NCBI RefSeq assembly: GCF_006345805.1
Contig: NC_043006.1
Location: forward strand, 102,300,001-102,364,000
Direction of reading: 5' to 3'
Length of the DNA: 64,000 bases
Source of the DNA: Octopus sinensis
Taxonomy: Eukaryota
In this document: positions 39,233-51,850 of the stretch, in pieces
How the letters are laid out: every line of letters starts with the position of its first letter
Numbering within the stretch: the first letter of the stretch is position 1
Program-made: the position numbers and the translations under genes
Notes under the pieces: model-generated
Databases searched by the model: none
The model's input: only the letters and a program-made list of their open reading frames with translations
Told to the model about the DNA's origin: nothing

Positions 39233-39486
39233 CTCTTTTACTCTTACTCTTTTACTTGTTTCAGTCATGTGACTGTGGCCATGCTGGAGCACTGCCTTTG
39301 GTCGAGCAAATCGACACCAGGACTTGTTCTTTGGAAGCTTAGCACTTATTCTATCAGTCTCCTTTGCCGAACTGCTAAGTTGCGGGGATGTAAACACACC
39401 ACCATCAGTTGTCAAGCGATGTTGGGGGACAAACACAGACACACAAACATACACACACACACATACACACACACACATATATATAT

Positions 39487-39536
<50 letters not shown>

Positions 39537-39696
39537 CGGACTTCTTTCAGTTTCCGTCTACCAAATCCACTCCCAAGGCTTTGGTTGGCCCGAGGCTATA
39601 GTAGAAGACACCTGCCCAAGGTGCCACACAGTGGGACTGAACCCAGAACCATGTGGTTCATAAGCAAGCTACTTACTACAAAGCCACTCCTACGCC
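39233..39696 (-). mobile_element. SINE family A (tRNA-like head, internal (TA/TG)n, gactgaaacaagtaaaag tail), near-full copy
   Basis: ggaagcttgctt..aaccacatggttctgggttcagtcccactg head; many relatives in the window. Confidence 0.85.
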
Positions 39697-40896
39697 TATA
39701 CATAAAGTTCTAGTACTCTCAGTTTACCAGGCTGTACCTTTTTTTTAAAAAAAACATCAAATTTACACCAAGTACTTAATATTGAGTTCCTAATAAATCC
39801 TTTTCCACACACAGAACAAGGCTACATTCCAGTTACCAGATGCTACTGGAATGTTGTGTTGTTTGTTTCTAACCAGTACTTTTGACCATCTCTGTGTTAG
39901 TCTTAGAGCTATAAAATTTAGATTATTTTTCCTTGTTTGGAACTTTATCTGCCACTTGCCAACAGATTATGCTATGGAAACCAAATCAACAGCAGCAGAA
40001 GAAGCATTGTTATTTTCATGTTTGTTCTTCCATTTTGGCTTTAATGCATATCTACTGACATGGAAGCCTAACTGTCAAAAAGACCTCCATCAAAAGAACT
40101 CTTCATGAATGCAACCAATATTTAAGAAATAAAGCAGATGTCAAATCTATTTCAGTTCTTGAAAATGAAACTGTGAAGGTCTAGAAATGATGAATATGGA
40201 TTTAGGAACTTGTTTCAAAATTAACTGGAAAAGAAAAAAAAACTGATAAGAAAATAGGATAAACTCTAAAATAAAAAATATAAAACTCAGCACAGTTGTG
40301 TCTTAAATAAAACCTTAAGTATATAAAGATATAGATACATATATATACATTTGTCCGCAAGATATAAATCTCCATGGAGCAACACAAAATGTACCAGCTT
40401 TGTGCAATCAATAATTATCCCTTAAAATATGTAGCCAATACTTTCTCTCTCAAAATAAAAAATATTCTTGTATGCAGATGTGTTTTTGTGTGTGTATTGA
40501 GAGAGAGATGAGTATTGTTAAAGATTAAACATGTGATAGTGAAGAAATGCAGTAGAAGTTATAAAGCTTTTTTGGATAATTGCCAATATTTTTGTAAAAC
40601 ATTAGGGCAGATAGAAATTAATATAACACTGAGGTAACATTAACTGCACATCCAACTAATCAAATGGAATGGGAAGGCATCTTTCCTCAACATTGACATA
40701 ACAAAACTGTTATTAGCTGTTACAAGGGCAGTTATTATTTTATTCCTTTTCTCGATTTTATTTTATTCACTTTTGTGAAAGAAAGAAAGAAAATGATAAT
40801 AAAATTAAAATAAACTGAATAAAATTTTAAGAAGAAGAAATCCAACTAATTGTTCTTTATCCTGTTTATAATGAGTTCATCTACTTTTTCTTCCAG

Positions 40897-40960
40897 GAAT
40901 ACAATAAACAGTTGAGTAGTGGTGCTGTAGCTTATATCAACCTAGATGCTGTGATTAGAG
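40897..40960 (+). CDS. M28B gene exon E: EYNKQLSSGAVAYINLDAVIR
   Basis: Acceptor ttttcttccAG, donor GTgagt at 40961; 64 nt, phase 0/1. VAYINLD retains the Zn ligand equivalent to GCPII D453. Confidence 0.94.
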
Positions 40961-42278
40961 GTGAGTTTGGCTTTGTTTTGTAGATTTGCATTTTTCCTTC
41001 TTCCAACCACAGCAGTTGTACTTGCTAAGCTAGTGCTTTCATATGATATCATGTGGTGAAATTGAAATATTTACAACATAATAACACACGTATACCGTTA
41101 TATTTATTTTTCTTTTTGGAATAAAACAAACAGTGAATCTAACTGTGTATGTGTATTTTTAAACAGCTAACATGTTTCTTCTTCCACAAAGTAATTGCTA
41201 CATTAACAAAGTCTTATGATTATTGTTCTTTATAATAATTTAATCATTTTGTCAGCAGACCTATTATAAAGAGCATCAATAAGACTTCCTGACATGCAAG
41301 GAACGATCCTGGAGTACCTGCAACAAGCTTCCTAACATCTGCAAAACTGGTATTTTCAAAGTCAACAATGATGACCTATTAAAGCATATGTAGGGAGCAT
41401 TCTTCAAAGGAGCTGAAACCTGGTCCATGAAAGAAGGAGCTTGAAGTTCATTTTGATAGTACATACATCAGACCTCCTTGACCTCCTTTCAAGGGTAAAG
41501 GGTAAAGATCTCCTTAGGTCATGAATGACAATGGGATTGCACCTAGAAAGTTGCCAAGGCACAAATCTGAGCAAGGTTGTTCATGGAAGACCAATAGTTG
41601 CCCATGCATACCAGCCTCTCTTCTCCACGCCATCGATTTTATCCAAGGGAAAGTCAAAGGCTGATACAGCTTGGCACCAGTGACATTGCAACTTGCTTCT
41701 ACAGATGAGTGAACTGGAGCTACATGAAATAAAGTGTCTTGCTCAAGAACACAACATTCAGCCTGGTCCAGGAAGCAAACTCACTGCTTCATGACTGTGA
41801 GCCCGATGCTCTAAGCACTGAACCATGTGCCTTCAGACCAGGACTCGAAATATTTCATGGTATGAGTACAAAACCAAGAAAGAGGTTTATGGACACATTC
41901 TGTTTCTACTACAATTGCTCAACACTGGGTAGACTCTGCTGTCTACTCTTGCAATACTGAACTCCAGGCCGTAGCAGATGTTATAGATTGTGCTCTTCAC
42001 TCAAAAAGAGGATGAGGATTCACTCAACTTACATTGAAGTTATTAACCAAGTTACATTTCATGGAATTGAGGACCTGTCAAAGTTAATGGTGTCAGAGGT
42101 TTCTGGCATAGCATGGCATGAGGACATATATTTTGGTTAGAACCACTAGAAAAGAAGATCATTTTAAAAGTTACGTTTGTAAACTTCCAGAATGCTTGGT
42201 GACATCTCTTGCAATTGCATTGAACAGTTAAGCAATTTTAAATAAAAAGCATTATGTACTTTTATTGTAGTTTAGCCC

Positions 42279-43018
42279 CATATCAGCTCCCACTCAAGCA
42301 GGCCTGTAATCAAAAACATTCCAGCTTTGACCATCTCTTCTTTATTTCAACTTATATAATTACAAAGGGTCACATTATTCTATTATGTCCTAATTTAAAA
42401 CTATTTTGAATTGTTTTGGCTCTATCTGCTTGGATAATGTCAGGTCAGTTTAACATCATCCAGTACTCTAGTAGGATAAACTTAATCCTGGCCTACTTTA
42501 ATGCATTTTCCTGGTGGTAGACTTAATTCTGGCTCTGTTTAATACAATCATCTGGGAACCTCTGAATGATAATCCTTAATTAAGTCTACCACTCTTTGAT
42601 AATAGACTTGATTTTGGCTCTGAAGGATAAACTTCATTGTGGCCCTGATTAGCAACACCAACCACTGGTCATATCAGATCCCACTTCAGCAGGACTATAA
42701 TCAAAATCATTCCAACTTTGACCATCTCTCCTTTATTTCAACATAATATATCTAAGAAGGATCACATTAGTCTATTGTGTCCTAATTGCCCGGTCAGTTT
42801 AACATCAACCAGTACTCTTGAATGATAAACTTAACCCTGGCCTACTTTAATGCATTTTCCTGGTGGTAGGCTTAATTCTGGCTCTGTTTAATACAACCAT
42901 CTGGGAACCTCTGAATGATAATCCTTAATTAAGTCTACCACTCTTTGATAATAGACTTGATCTTGGCTCTGAATGGTAAACTTCATTGTGGCTTTGTTTA
43001 ACAACTCCAGTCACTGGC
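42279..43018. repeat. Tandem duplication (391 bp + 349 bp) with internal subrepeats of about 35-40 bp
   Basis: Both copies start catatcag.tcccact; long identical stretch tggcctactttaatgcattttcctggtggtag; recurring ta.acttaat.ctggc motif. Confidence 0.85.
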
Positions 43019-43469
43019 CATTGGGTGCATTTAAGTGAGTCCACTCTGTTGCAAACATTTTGACCAGAGCTCCAGTTTGAGTATAAATGGACACTAACTA
43101 TCCTTTCACTGACTAAGCTATCTAAAATGTTTAAATATTTAGTAATGTTTGACTTGAGTGACATTTGTAGCAGGTCAAGGAAGCACGTTGAGGCTCTGAG
43201 TAGTTCCATGCTGCCACTGTTGTTGTTGTCTGAGAATCCTCAGTAGACTTCAGTTAATGTCAGTTTTATTAACTGAGAAATTGGTCAATATTTTAGTTTA
43301 ATTATATATTATCTCATTAGTTAAGTCAATGTTTAGATAATTAATGTAGTAAGCTTTAAAAAATTCAAATTCAAAATAATTACTTGATGAAGGAAAAATA
43401 GCAAATGTGGAGGATAACTCTAGACATTACTATTTTTTAATCTCACCTGAGATATTCAGCAACAGTACT

Positions 43470-43918
43470 TTGTAGTAAAGACTGTTTGCCAACATAACAT
43501 AGCAGTCCTGGTTTAGGACTAATGATGCTGTAATTTAGTCTCTGGAGACATCATCTCCAGCTGGCCATACGACATGATCTGTGTCCCTATCTTTTCAAAC
43601 AAGGGAATCTAGCACCTCCCACTCAGCCCAAAACAATATCTGTGTATCTCTATTTCCAGGTTGTTTCCCTTCATCAGCACAGAATAATTGTTCAGTTAGA
43701 GGTGAACAATTATTCTGTGCTGATGAAGGGAAATAATCGTGATACACAGATATTGTTTTGAGCTGAGTGTGAGTGCTAGATTCCCTTGTTTGAAAATATA
43801 AGGACACAGATCGTGTCGTATAGCCAGCTGGAGACGACATCTCCTGGGGCTAAATTACAGCATCATTAGTCCTAAACCAAGACTGCTATGTTATGTTGGC
43901 AAACAATCTTTGCTACAA
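43470..43918. mobile_element. 449-bp fold-back element with HHR-like motif near the apex
   Basis: Arms ttgtagtaaagactgtttgccaacataac... / ...gttatgttggcaaacaatctttgctacaa pair along almost their whole length; 8-nt loop at 43695-43702. Confidence 0.85.
43640..43682 (-). ncRNA. Hammerhead-like motif in the left arm of the 449-bp fold-back
   Basis: CUGUG CUGAUGA AGG-GAAACAA-CCU G GAAA UAGAGA UA^ CACAG. Canonical CUGAUGA and 5-bp stem I, but an extra G and a weak stem III. The mirror copy (43715-43749, +) lacks 8 nt including the GAAA. Confidence 0.55.
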
Positions 43919-45288
43919 CTCTAGATATGTTTCGGTCTTATTATGAGTTTTACATTGAAGCATAAACTTCACCATACTTGATGTAATGACAAGAGAATCA
44001 CCAAGTAGATATACAATACTGTATGTGAGTGGGAGATTTACGTCAGCAGTTTGTTTACTATAATACCTGTTGTTAGTGGAGGTGTGAGAGAAAAAGAGGG
44101 AGAAGAGAAAGAAAAGAGCTGATGAAAAGGGAATTTTAGGAGCAACATGTTTATAAGAATAAATGTTGTTAATGAGAAGTAATTAGTGAAAAAAGGTGGA
44201 AGCTAAAAATGAGATAAAAGTGGGAGAATGAACAGGTGGAGAGAGTGAATTAGCTAATTATAAATAAGGAGAAAGCAGAGCAAAATAGCACAATTCTTTT
44301 TTAATGAGAGCAAAAATATTTATAATATAGGTAAATATAATTTTTACAGTTGCTATGGTCAAATTTTTTTTTATTTCTCTATTATGCTTAACAACTTATT
44401 CTAAATGAACTGTTTATCAGGCAGGTGCCATCTCATAAATATCTAATTTGTAAACAATTCTATTTTTCTCTGCCATTAGATATATATTTCTGTGCATTTA
44501 CTTAGAGATTCATTCACTATCATTTCAGAAAGCTATTGTGTAGTTATTCTTTACTGAGGAAGCCCAAATAATAAAGACACATGAGTGCAATTGTCTCCTG
44601 TATTTATGCTGAAAATAAAAACAAAAATATTAAAATATTAGTTACAAACTTATATTGTTTATTGTTCATCACAGCATACTTGACTCTGCTTCAGTGATTT
44701 AAAGCTCTATTCATACAACTTTAAATATACTGAAAACCACTTACCTATTGTTTATAATACAGATGGTGTTTCAGAATTATTCCACAGCAAATCAGCAATG
44801 AATTTTTTACCAGATCGTACCATAGATTCAATCATTTGATTTGTGTTATTTACAAGGCTCAATAGATGTAAGGTTATGATGTCAGAGCTACCAACCAAAT
44901 GGTTTTAAGTTCAAATTCTAGTAGTAGTGTTATGTTGTGCCTCTGAGCGAGGCATCAAATCTTGCTTACCACAATAAGACAACTCACTTGATTGAAGAAC
45001 ACTCCACTTTTGTGGTTAGTTGTAAGAATCTGTAAAAAGCAATTGCTCCAACAATTGTATCATCTCACCCGTACAACAAACATTGGGTGGGGGGAAACAA
45101 ATGTAAAACAGTAAAAACAAAAAGTATTCATTTATTGGTATTGTGTTATAATTTCCTTTTCATAGTACTGATGTACTTTAAAAAAATTATCACTGCTGAG
45201 GGAGTATATGTAGTAACCCTTTTGTCCTAGTAATATTCCTTTATACATGCATAATATATATATATATATATAATATATATATATATAT

Positions 45289-47949
45289 TCCTCCTTCTAT
45301 TCCCCTCTGCCCTCTAACCCCACACGTAGCTACCAACAGACGGTATCCTCTACTGTCCAAGACCTCATCTCGTCCTCCCGTCTCCCCCGCACCGCATCCA
45401 ACCTAATTGTGCGAACCCCACGTACCCCCACCATTTACTTCCTCCCCAAAATCCACAAACCCAACAACCCTGGCCGCCCCATCGTCTCCGCCTGTAACTG
45501 CCCCACGGGGCTCATCTCTAAATACCTCGACCGTGTCCTTGCCCCCCTAGTGTCATCTCTTCCCTCCCACATCCACGATACCAACCATGCTCTCCGGCTT
45601 TTCAACTCTTTCTCCTTTCCTCCGGCTCCTCCAAAATCCTTTTTACTATGGACATCCAAAGCCTCTATACTGTTATCCCTCACCACGAAGGACTGCAGGC
45701 CCTTCGACACTTTCTTGACCTCCGCTCTAACCTGTACCTGACACCTCCACACTCATTCGTCTGGCCGAACTTGTCCTTACTCTGAACTGCTTCTCGTTCG
45801 CGGGCGAGTTCTACCATCAGGTCTCGGGAGTGGCCATGGGAACGCGAATGGGCCCCAACTATGCGAACCTGTTCGTTGGCTATGTTGAGGCCCAAATATT
45901 CTCTAATTTCACTGGTCCCACTCCTGAACTATATGGTCGTTATATTGACAACATTATCGGTGCCACCTCACTCTTCCGCGAACATCTAGATTCCTTCCTC
46001 TCTTTCGTCCAATCTTTCCATCCAGCCCTCCACTTCACTTCCACTATCTCCAACACCTCTGTCTCCTTCCTCGACATTTCGGTTAGCATTCTTCACTCCA
46101 CTCTTACCACCTCCATTCACTACAAACACACAGACTCACACTCATACCTCAACTTCTCTTCCTCCCACCCAGAACACCCAAGCTTTCCATCCCCTATTCC
46201 CAATTCCTCCCCGTCTACGTAGGCTCTGTAGTGACGACCATGACTTTGAGACTCAGTCTCAACGTATGGCTCACCACTTCACCCTACGTGGATACCCCCT
46301 CACCACTATCCACACCGCCCTTGCCAGAGCACCCTCCGTGGACCGTGTATCTGCTCTCTCTCCCCGAACCCGCCCTGTAGTCTCCCGCCTCCCTTTTCCC
46401 CTCACTTACCACCCCACGACCCTACGTCTCCAACGCACCATTCTTCGAGCTTTCCGTCATCTCCAGTCCGACCCGTCCACTTCACACCTCTTCCCGAACC
46501 GACCCCTCCCCTCTTTCAAACGAGCCCACAACCTTCGAGACCTTTTGGTCCATAGCTCCTTCCCTGACCCTACCTCCCAACCCGGCTCGTTCCCCTGCTC
46601 CCGCCCACGTTGCCGCACTTGCCCTTACCTCTCCAACACCACCCCCCCTCACTAGCACCCACCATCGACCCTATCCCATCATCCACTCCTTCACCTGCAC
46701 CTCCAGCAATATTATCTATTGCATCTTGCTCTCTCTGCAATTCCTTGTACATCGGACAACGGACGCCGCTTGGCTGACCGGTTCGCGGAACACCTTCGTG
46801 ACATCCACCTTGCGAACGACACACCGGTCTCACGCCATTTCCGCTCCACCGGTCACTCCTTGCAACACCTATCTGTGTTCGGTTTGTCCTTACACACAGA
46901 GGCCATCCGGATTCCCGTTTGCGCCGTGAACAGGAATTAATCTTCTCTCTTCGCTCTTATACGCCATTTGGTCTCAACTCTCCCCCCCTCCTCATCTAAC
47001 CTCAACCCCCCCTCTCTCACCTATCCTTTCTCTCCCCTCGACCCCTACTTCTTCAGTCCTTCATCCTTTCACCCCTACTCCCCTTCCCTTCTTCTCTTTC
47101 TCCCTCCCTCTTCCCTTCCCTCTGCTCCCTCACTCCCTCTCTCCCTTCTCTCTCCCCCTCATCCCTTCCTTCTCCCCATCCTCCCCTCCTCCCTCCCTCC
47201 CCCTTCCTCCTCCCCCTCTTCTTTCCCTCCCCTTCTCTCCCCCCCCTCTTCTCCCCCTCCCCCTCTTCTCCCCGTCCCCCTCTTCTCCTCACTACACCAC
47301 ACTGACTTTACACATCACATCACATATGATGTGCCATACTAATACACACACCAACTAATACATACTAATACGTACTAATACATACTAGTACATACTAATA
47401 CTTACACCAACCCTATACATACACACGTCCAGACCCCGCATACGCACTTATACTCTCTCACACACACACACACACACCTATACATACCAATACGTACTAA
47501 TACATACTAATACATACACCAACCCCATACATACGCACGTCCAGACCAATCTTACGCACTAATACTCTCTCATACACACACACACACACACACCCTTATA
47601 CATACTAATACATACACACATCCAGACCCCTCCCACGCACTTTTAGCTGGTCCCTCAACCCATTTATCAACCCTATTATCTCCCCTTATTTCGCTCTCGC
47701 GTCTCATGTTTGATCTTTGACCTCTGGCCGAAATCAGATCGCCATGTTGATTCGTTAGCTACTGCACGCATTTTTTTCTCTCCTTCTTTCTGTGTTTTTC
47801 TCTCTCTGTGTATCTTTCTGTTGAAGAGCGTAGGCTCGAAACGTTAAAGACTTGTTTTATTTATATTTCCTGAGCGCCATACTAATACAATTGTTCGTTT
47901 GTTTTCCACCTGCCTTCGTCTTTTGTTTATTTTCATAAAGCTTCCCGTT
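45289..47949 (+). mobile_element. 5'-truncated, frameshifted Penelope-like retroelement (RT + GIY-YIG endonuclease)
   Basis: IYFLPKIHKPNNPGRPIVS, MDIQSLYT, GVAMGTRMGPNYANLF, RYIDN, SFLDI, YKHTDSHSYL, CSRPRCRTCP, IYCISC..YIGQ, LADRFAEHL, VSRHF motifs; (TA)n at both ends; HHR-like motif in the 3' end. Confidence 0.95.
47813..47850 (+). ncRNA. Minimal hammerhead variant at the Penelope 3' end
   Basis: UCUUU CUGUUGA A GAGC-GUAG-GCUC GAA ACGU U^ AAAGA: 5-bp stem I, 4-bp stem II, loop-less palindromic stem III. Core has A6U and an extra A after A9. Confidence 0.72.
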
Positions 47950-48019
47950 ATATATATATATATATCATTTGCCTTAATATAGAAACTATTGGTTTCCATT
48001 TCATATTTAAAAAAAAGGT

Positions 48020-48205
48020 GATAATAATAATTATTAATAATAATTATAAAAATAATAATAATAACAACAAATAATACTGATAATAATAATAAATAATAAT
48101 AATAATAACAAATAATACTGATAATAATAATAAATAATAATAATAACAAATAATACTGATAATAATAACAAATAATAGTAATAATAATGATAATAATAAT
48201 AATAA
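48020..48205. repeat. Imperfect (AAT)n with higher-order caaataatactgataataat units
   Basis: Direct reading. Confidence 0.9.
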
Positions 48206-48636
48206 AAGATAAAAGCAAAGGCATTGATGTGAGGAAACGAATTCAGAACTGACCTGCCGGACTGCTCATCAATTATTCACACGATTCTTGCTGCTCTCAG
48301 ACATCGTGGTGCCATGCTGTCTCTAGTAAAATCTAATTGAAAAAAGAAGTGAAAATGCTCCATCTTCTTTTCCAATTGAAGTTTGATATTCTTGATTCCT
48401 CGTGGCTATCTATACCAATGTTTGTTTGCTCCCAAACATTCGATTGACCTGCTCTTGCAAACCTGACTTGGGCTTACAAAACAACAGCATCTCTATTCAT
48501 CTGGGACTGTCATCTCACTCTTCTAACACTGACCCCTAATGCCCTTGATAAAGGCATAATTTTCATGCAGTCACATTTCTGTTAACTAGTTACATGTGTA
48601 TGTATATGTAAATAAATACAGAGTATATATAGTGTG

Positions 48637-48695
<59 letters not shown>

Positions 48696-48821
48696 ATGTA
48701 TTATGTATAAATGTGTGTAAAAGCATATGTGTGAATATGTTTGTTTTATATTTTTCATTCAAAAACTTAAAAGTGCATGATATTTGTTTGTTCTGGTGGA
48801 TGTTTGTGAAATGAGTTACTC

Positions 48822-48856
<35 letters not shown>

Positions 48857-49242
48857 GCAAGAAAGAGAAAGTACATGAGGGAGGAAAAGTGTGTGTGTGC
48901 TAAAATAGCAATCTCATAATTTAATGTTGGTGTTGTGTAGTCCTATGTTATGTCGGTTGATTTAATGTGAAAGCCCAAGATGATTATCATCCTCTCAGTG
49001 AAGATTACAGTAACTTCCATAAACCATAGAACTGTATATAAGACTGCAGTAACACATAGGACTGTATGTAAAATGGCAGTAAGTCATACAATTGTGTGTG
49101 TGTGTGACTATAGGACCACTTGGAACTACGAAACTCTCTGTATGGAAGTTATTACATATCCCATGCTTTGCCTGTTTTGAATAAAAAAAAATTTCATTTA
49201 ATCTTTTTACCTAGCACTAAAGAAAATCTTCTTTACTTTCAG

Positions 49243-49402
49243 GAAACCACACATTCTTTGCTGCAGCAAGTCCATTACTTGTGGGACTTATTCGTAATGC
49301 CACTAAAACTGTTGCATGTCCTTGCTCTGACAGTAGTTCAAAGCGAACTGTCTTTGACACTTGGCTCGACAATTTCCCGAATGCTGATAAAAGTCAGCCT
49401 AA
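49243..49402 (+). CDS. M28B gene exon F: (G)NHTFFAAASPLLVGLIRNATKTVACPCSDSSSKRTVFDTWLDNFPNADKSQP(K)
   Basis: Acceptor tactttcAG; donor GTacgt at 49403 (phase 2), with an alternative GTaaat at 49407; 160 nt. GN.T....ASPLL..L and T++D.W resemble the GCPII/TfR family. The next exon (LGSG.D motif) was not found before 64000. Confidence 0.9.
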
Positions 49403-49483
49403 GTACGTAAATAAGACATTTTATTATTATTTCTCCAGTTGTCAAAAAGAATATATATGTATTTCTTTGTGTATGTATGTTAA

Positions 49484-49791
49484 CCCCTTACCCGGCAGAA
49501 ACAAATATATGCGTTTTGACCGAAATCGTTTTTTTCTATCTCTGGCGAGTTAACTCGTCAAAAGATAGACTCGCCAAAATCGACAGCAAACGAGTTCCTT
49601 CGTCTAAAAATGGGTTAACTCGTTTCTGCCCAAAGCGGTAATTTAAAATCAATATTATTGAATTAAAATTCATAATAAATAAGGTTTGAAATATACCTCG
49701 AAATCACCATTCAAAACATAGTAAAATAAAACAATTAAAAAATATGTCTGAAAAAATACATTTATTTTCAAAATAATTGTTGGGTAAGGGG
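49484..49791. mobile_element. piggyBac-type MITE (308 bp)
   Basis: TTAA at 49480-49483 and 49792-49795; 10-bp TIR ccccttaccc / gggtaagggg. Confidence 0.8.
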
Positions 49792-51061
49792 TTAATATGT
49801 GCACAAGTGCACATATTAACATCTTTCTCTCTGCCTATCCATCTGTTTGTCTTTGTATATATGTATACACACACACACACACTTTTCCATACTGGACTTC
49901 ATGAATACTTTGGACAGGTCTTCATGCCCTGAGTCAATTTTTTTGTTACTGTCTTCCTAGATGGAATAGGGATCATGTCTTGCACATTCTGTTTGTAGTA
50001 TGGCTTCTGTGGTTCGGTGCCTTTCCTAATAACTATCTCTTTACAGAGCCCGCTGGGTGCATTTCATCATGGCATGAGCAGTTGAGATGTTATCTTGTGC
50101 CCAGTAAAGCTAAGGAGGCTGGCTTCTGCCCTGCATCGTTTCCACAAGTCAATCAGCACCAGAAGGTTGTCTCATCTCCATCAAGACCAAAACGATCCCC
50201 CTCTTTTTGTTCATTTCTTTCTTTTCTGCACAACTGAGTAAGAATAGACTGAAAGAGTGAGATAAGAATAACAGGAGATAGCCTGACTGTTAGGAATAAG
50301 TAAATGATGAGCTTGAAGGAGTGATAGTTATATGATGGTTGTCAATAAAGAAATTGAATTGAAGCTTCATATGTGAAAGACTAATAGAAAGGAAAATTAT
50401 TTCTAAAAAAACAGGTGTTTAGAAGAGGGAGTAATGGAAGAGAGACAGAGTGAAAGGAGTAATATGGTGACAGAGAAGGGAATAAAGGAAGTGAGGGAAA
50501 GATAATTATAGACAGCTATATGACAATTATTGGTAAAGACACTGAATAGAAACAGCATGAGTGGTGCAGTGGAGGAAGAAACAGTGATAGAAGGGAGAGA
50601 AAGAGATTGTGTGTATGTGAGATGTCAACAATGAATGAGTAAATGTTAGAGCAATATGGAAGAATAATAGTGAATGAGAGTGATAGATGCTGGCGAAAGA
50701 AGTGAGAGAAACTCTAGCAATAAAAGAAAATGTGGTAGAGCAGGAGATTGAATATAGACAGATCAGACTTACTCTTTTTCTGCATATTCATGAGGCTTGT
50801 GGTTAAGGTGTTGTACTCATGGTTGTAAGATTGTTGTTTCAATTCTTGGACTGGGCGATGTGTTATGTTCTTGAGCGAAAACTTCATTTCATATTCCTCC
50901 AGTCTATTCAGCTGGCAAAAGTGAGCAATCCTGCAATGGACTGGCATCTCATCCAGTGGGATGGAAGGGTAGATATATACACCATGGAATCATGGAAACT
51001 GTTTTATGAGCCTATTCGCTCAGGAAGCATCTGTGGTCCTTCATAGTTTTAATACGTGTGG

Positions 51062-51850
51062 GGCATGAAGGTGTGGTAAGAAATTTGCTTCTCAGTCACA
51101 GGGTTCCAGGTTCAGTCCCGCTGCATGTCACATTGGGCAAGTGTCTTCTATTATAGCCTTGGGCCGACCAAAGCTTTGAGAGTGGATTTGGTAGATGGAA
51201 ACTGAAAGAAGCCTATAGTGTATCTGTGCATGTGTATCTTTGTGTCTGTGGTAGTCCCCCACCACTGCTTGACCACTGAAGCTGGGGTTTCTTTTTATGT
51301 ATGTGTAACTTAGTGGTCTGCCCAAAAGAGGTCAATAGAACAAGTATCAGAGTTATAAATAAGTAATGGGGTCAATTTGTTTGACTAAACCATTCAAGGT
51401 GGTGCCCCAGCATGGCTGCAGTCCAGTGACTGAAACAAGGAAAAGATAAAAGATATTGAGGGTGGTTATGTGGTAAGAAGTTTGCTTCCCAACCACAAGG
51501 TTTTGAGTTCAGTCCCACTGTGTGACATCTTGGGCAAGTGTCTTCTACTATGGCCCCAGGCTCACCAAAGCCTTGTGAGTGGATTTGATAGACAGATACT
51601 GAAAGAAGCCCACCATATATGTGTGTGTGTGTATGCATTTCTGTGTTTGTTACCCCGCCTCCTTGTTGCTTGACAACTAGTGTTGGTTTGGTTACATTCC
51701 TCATAACTTAGTGACTTGGCAAAAAGAGACTGACCAAATAAATACCAGGCTTGACAAAAATAATAAATACTGAGGTTAACTTGTTTGACTAAATGCTTCA
51801 AGGCATGGCCACACTGAAATTAGTAAAAGATAAAAGAAATTAAAGATAGA
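51062..51850 (+). mobile_element. Two head-to-tail SINE family A copies (about 51062-51455 and 51458-51850)
   Basis: Both have gtgtggtaagaa..ttgcttc heads and gactgaaac/agtaaaagataaaaga tails; they are diverged from each other. Confidence 0.8.

Noticed and set aside
48230-48560. Possible Tc1-like fragment on the minus strand
   Set aside because: Only a vague IE.LG.N..WYR resemblance; stops present; not supportable.
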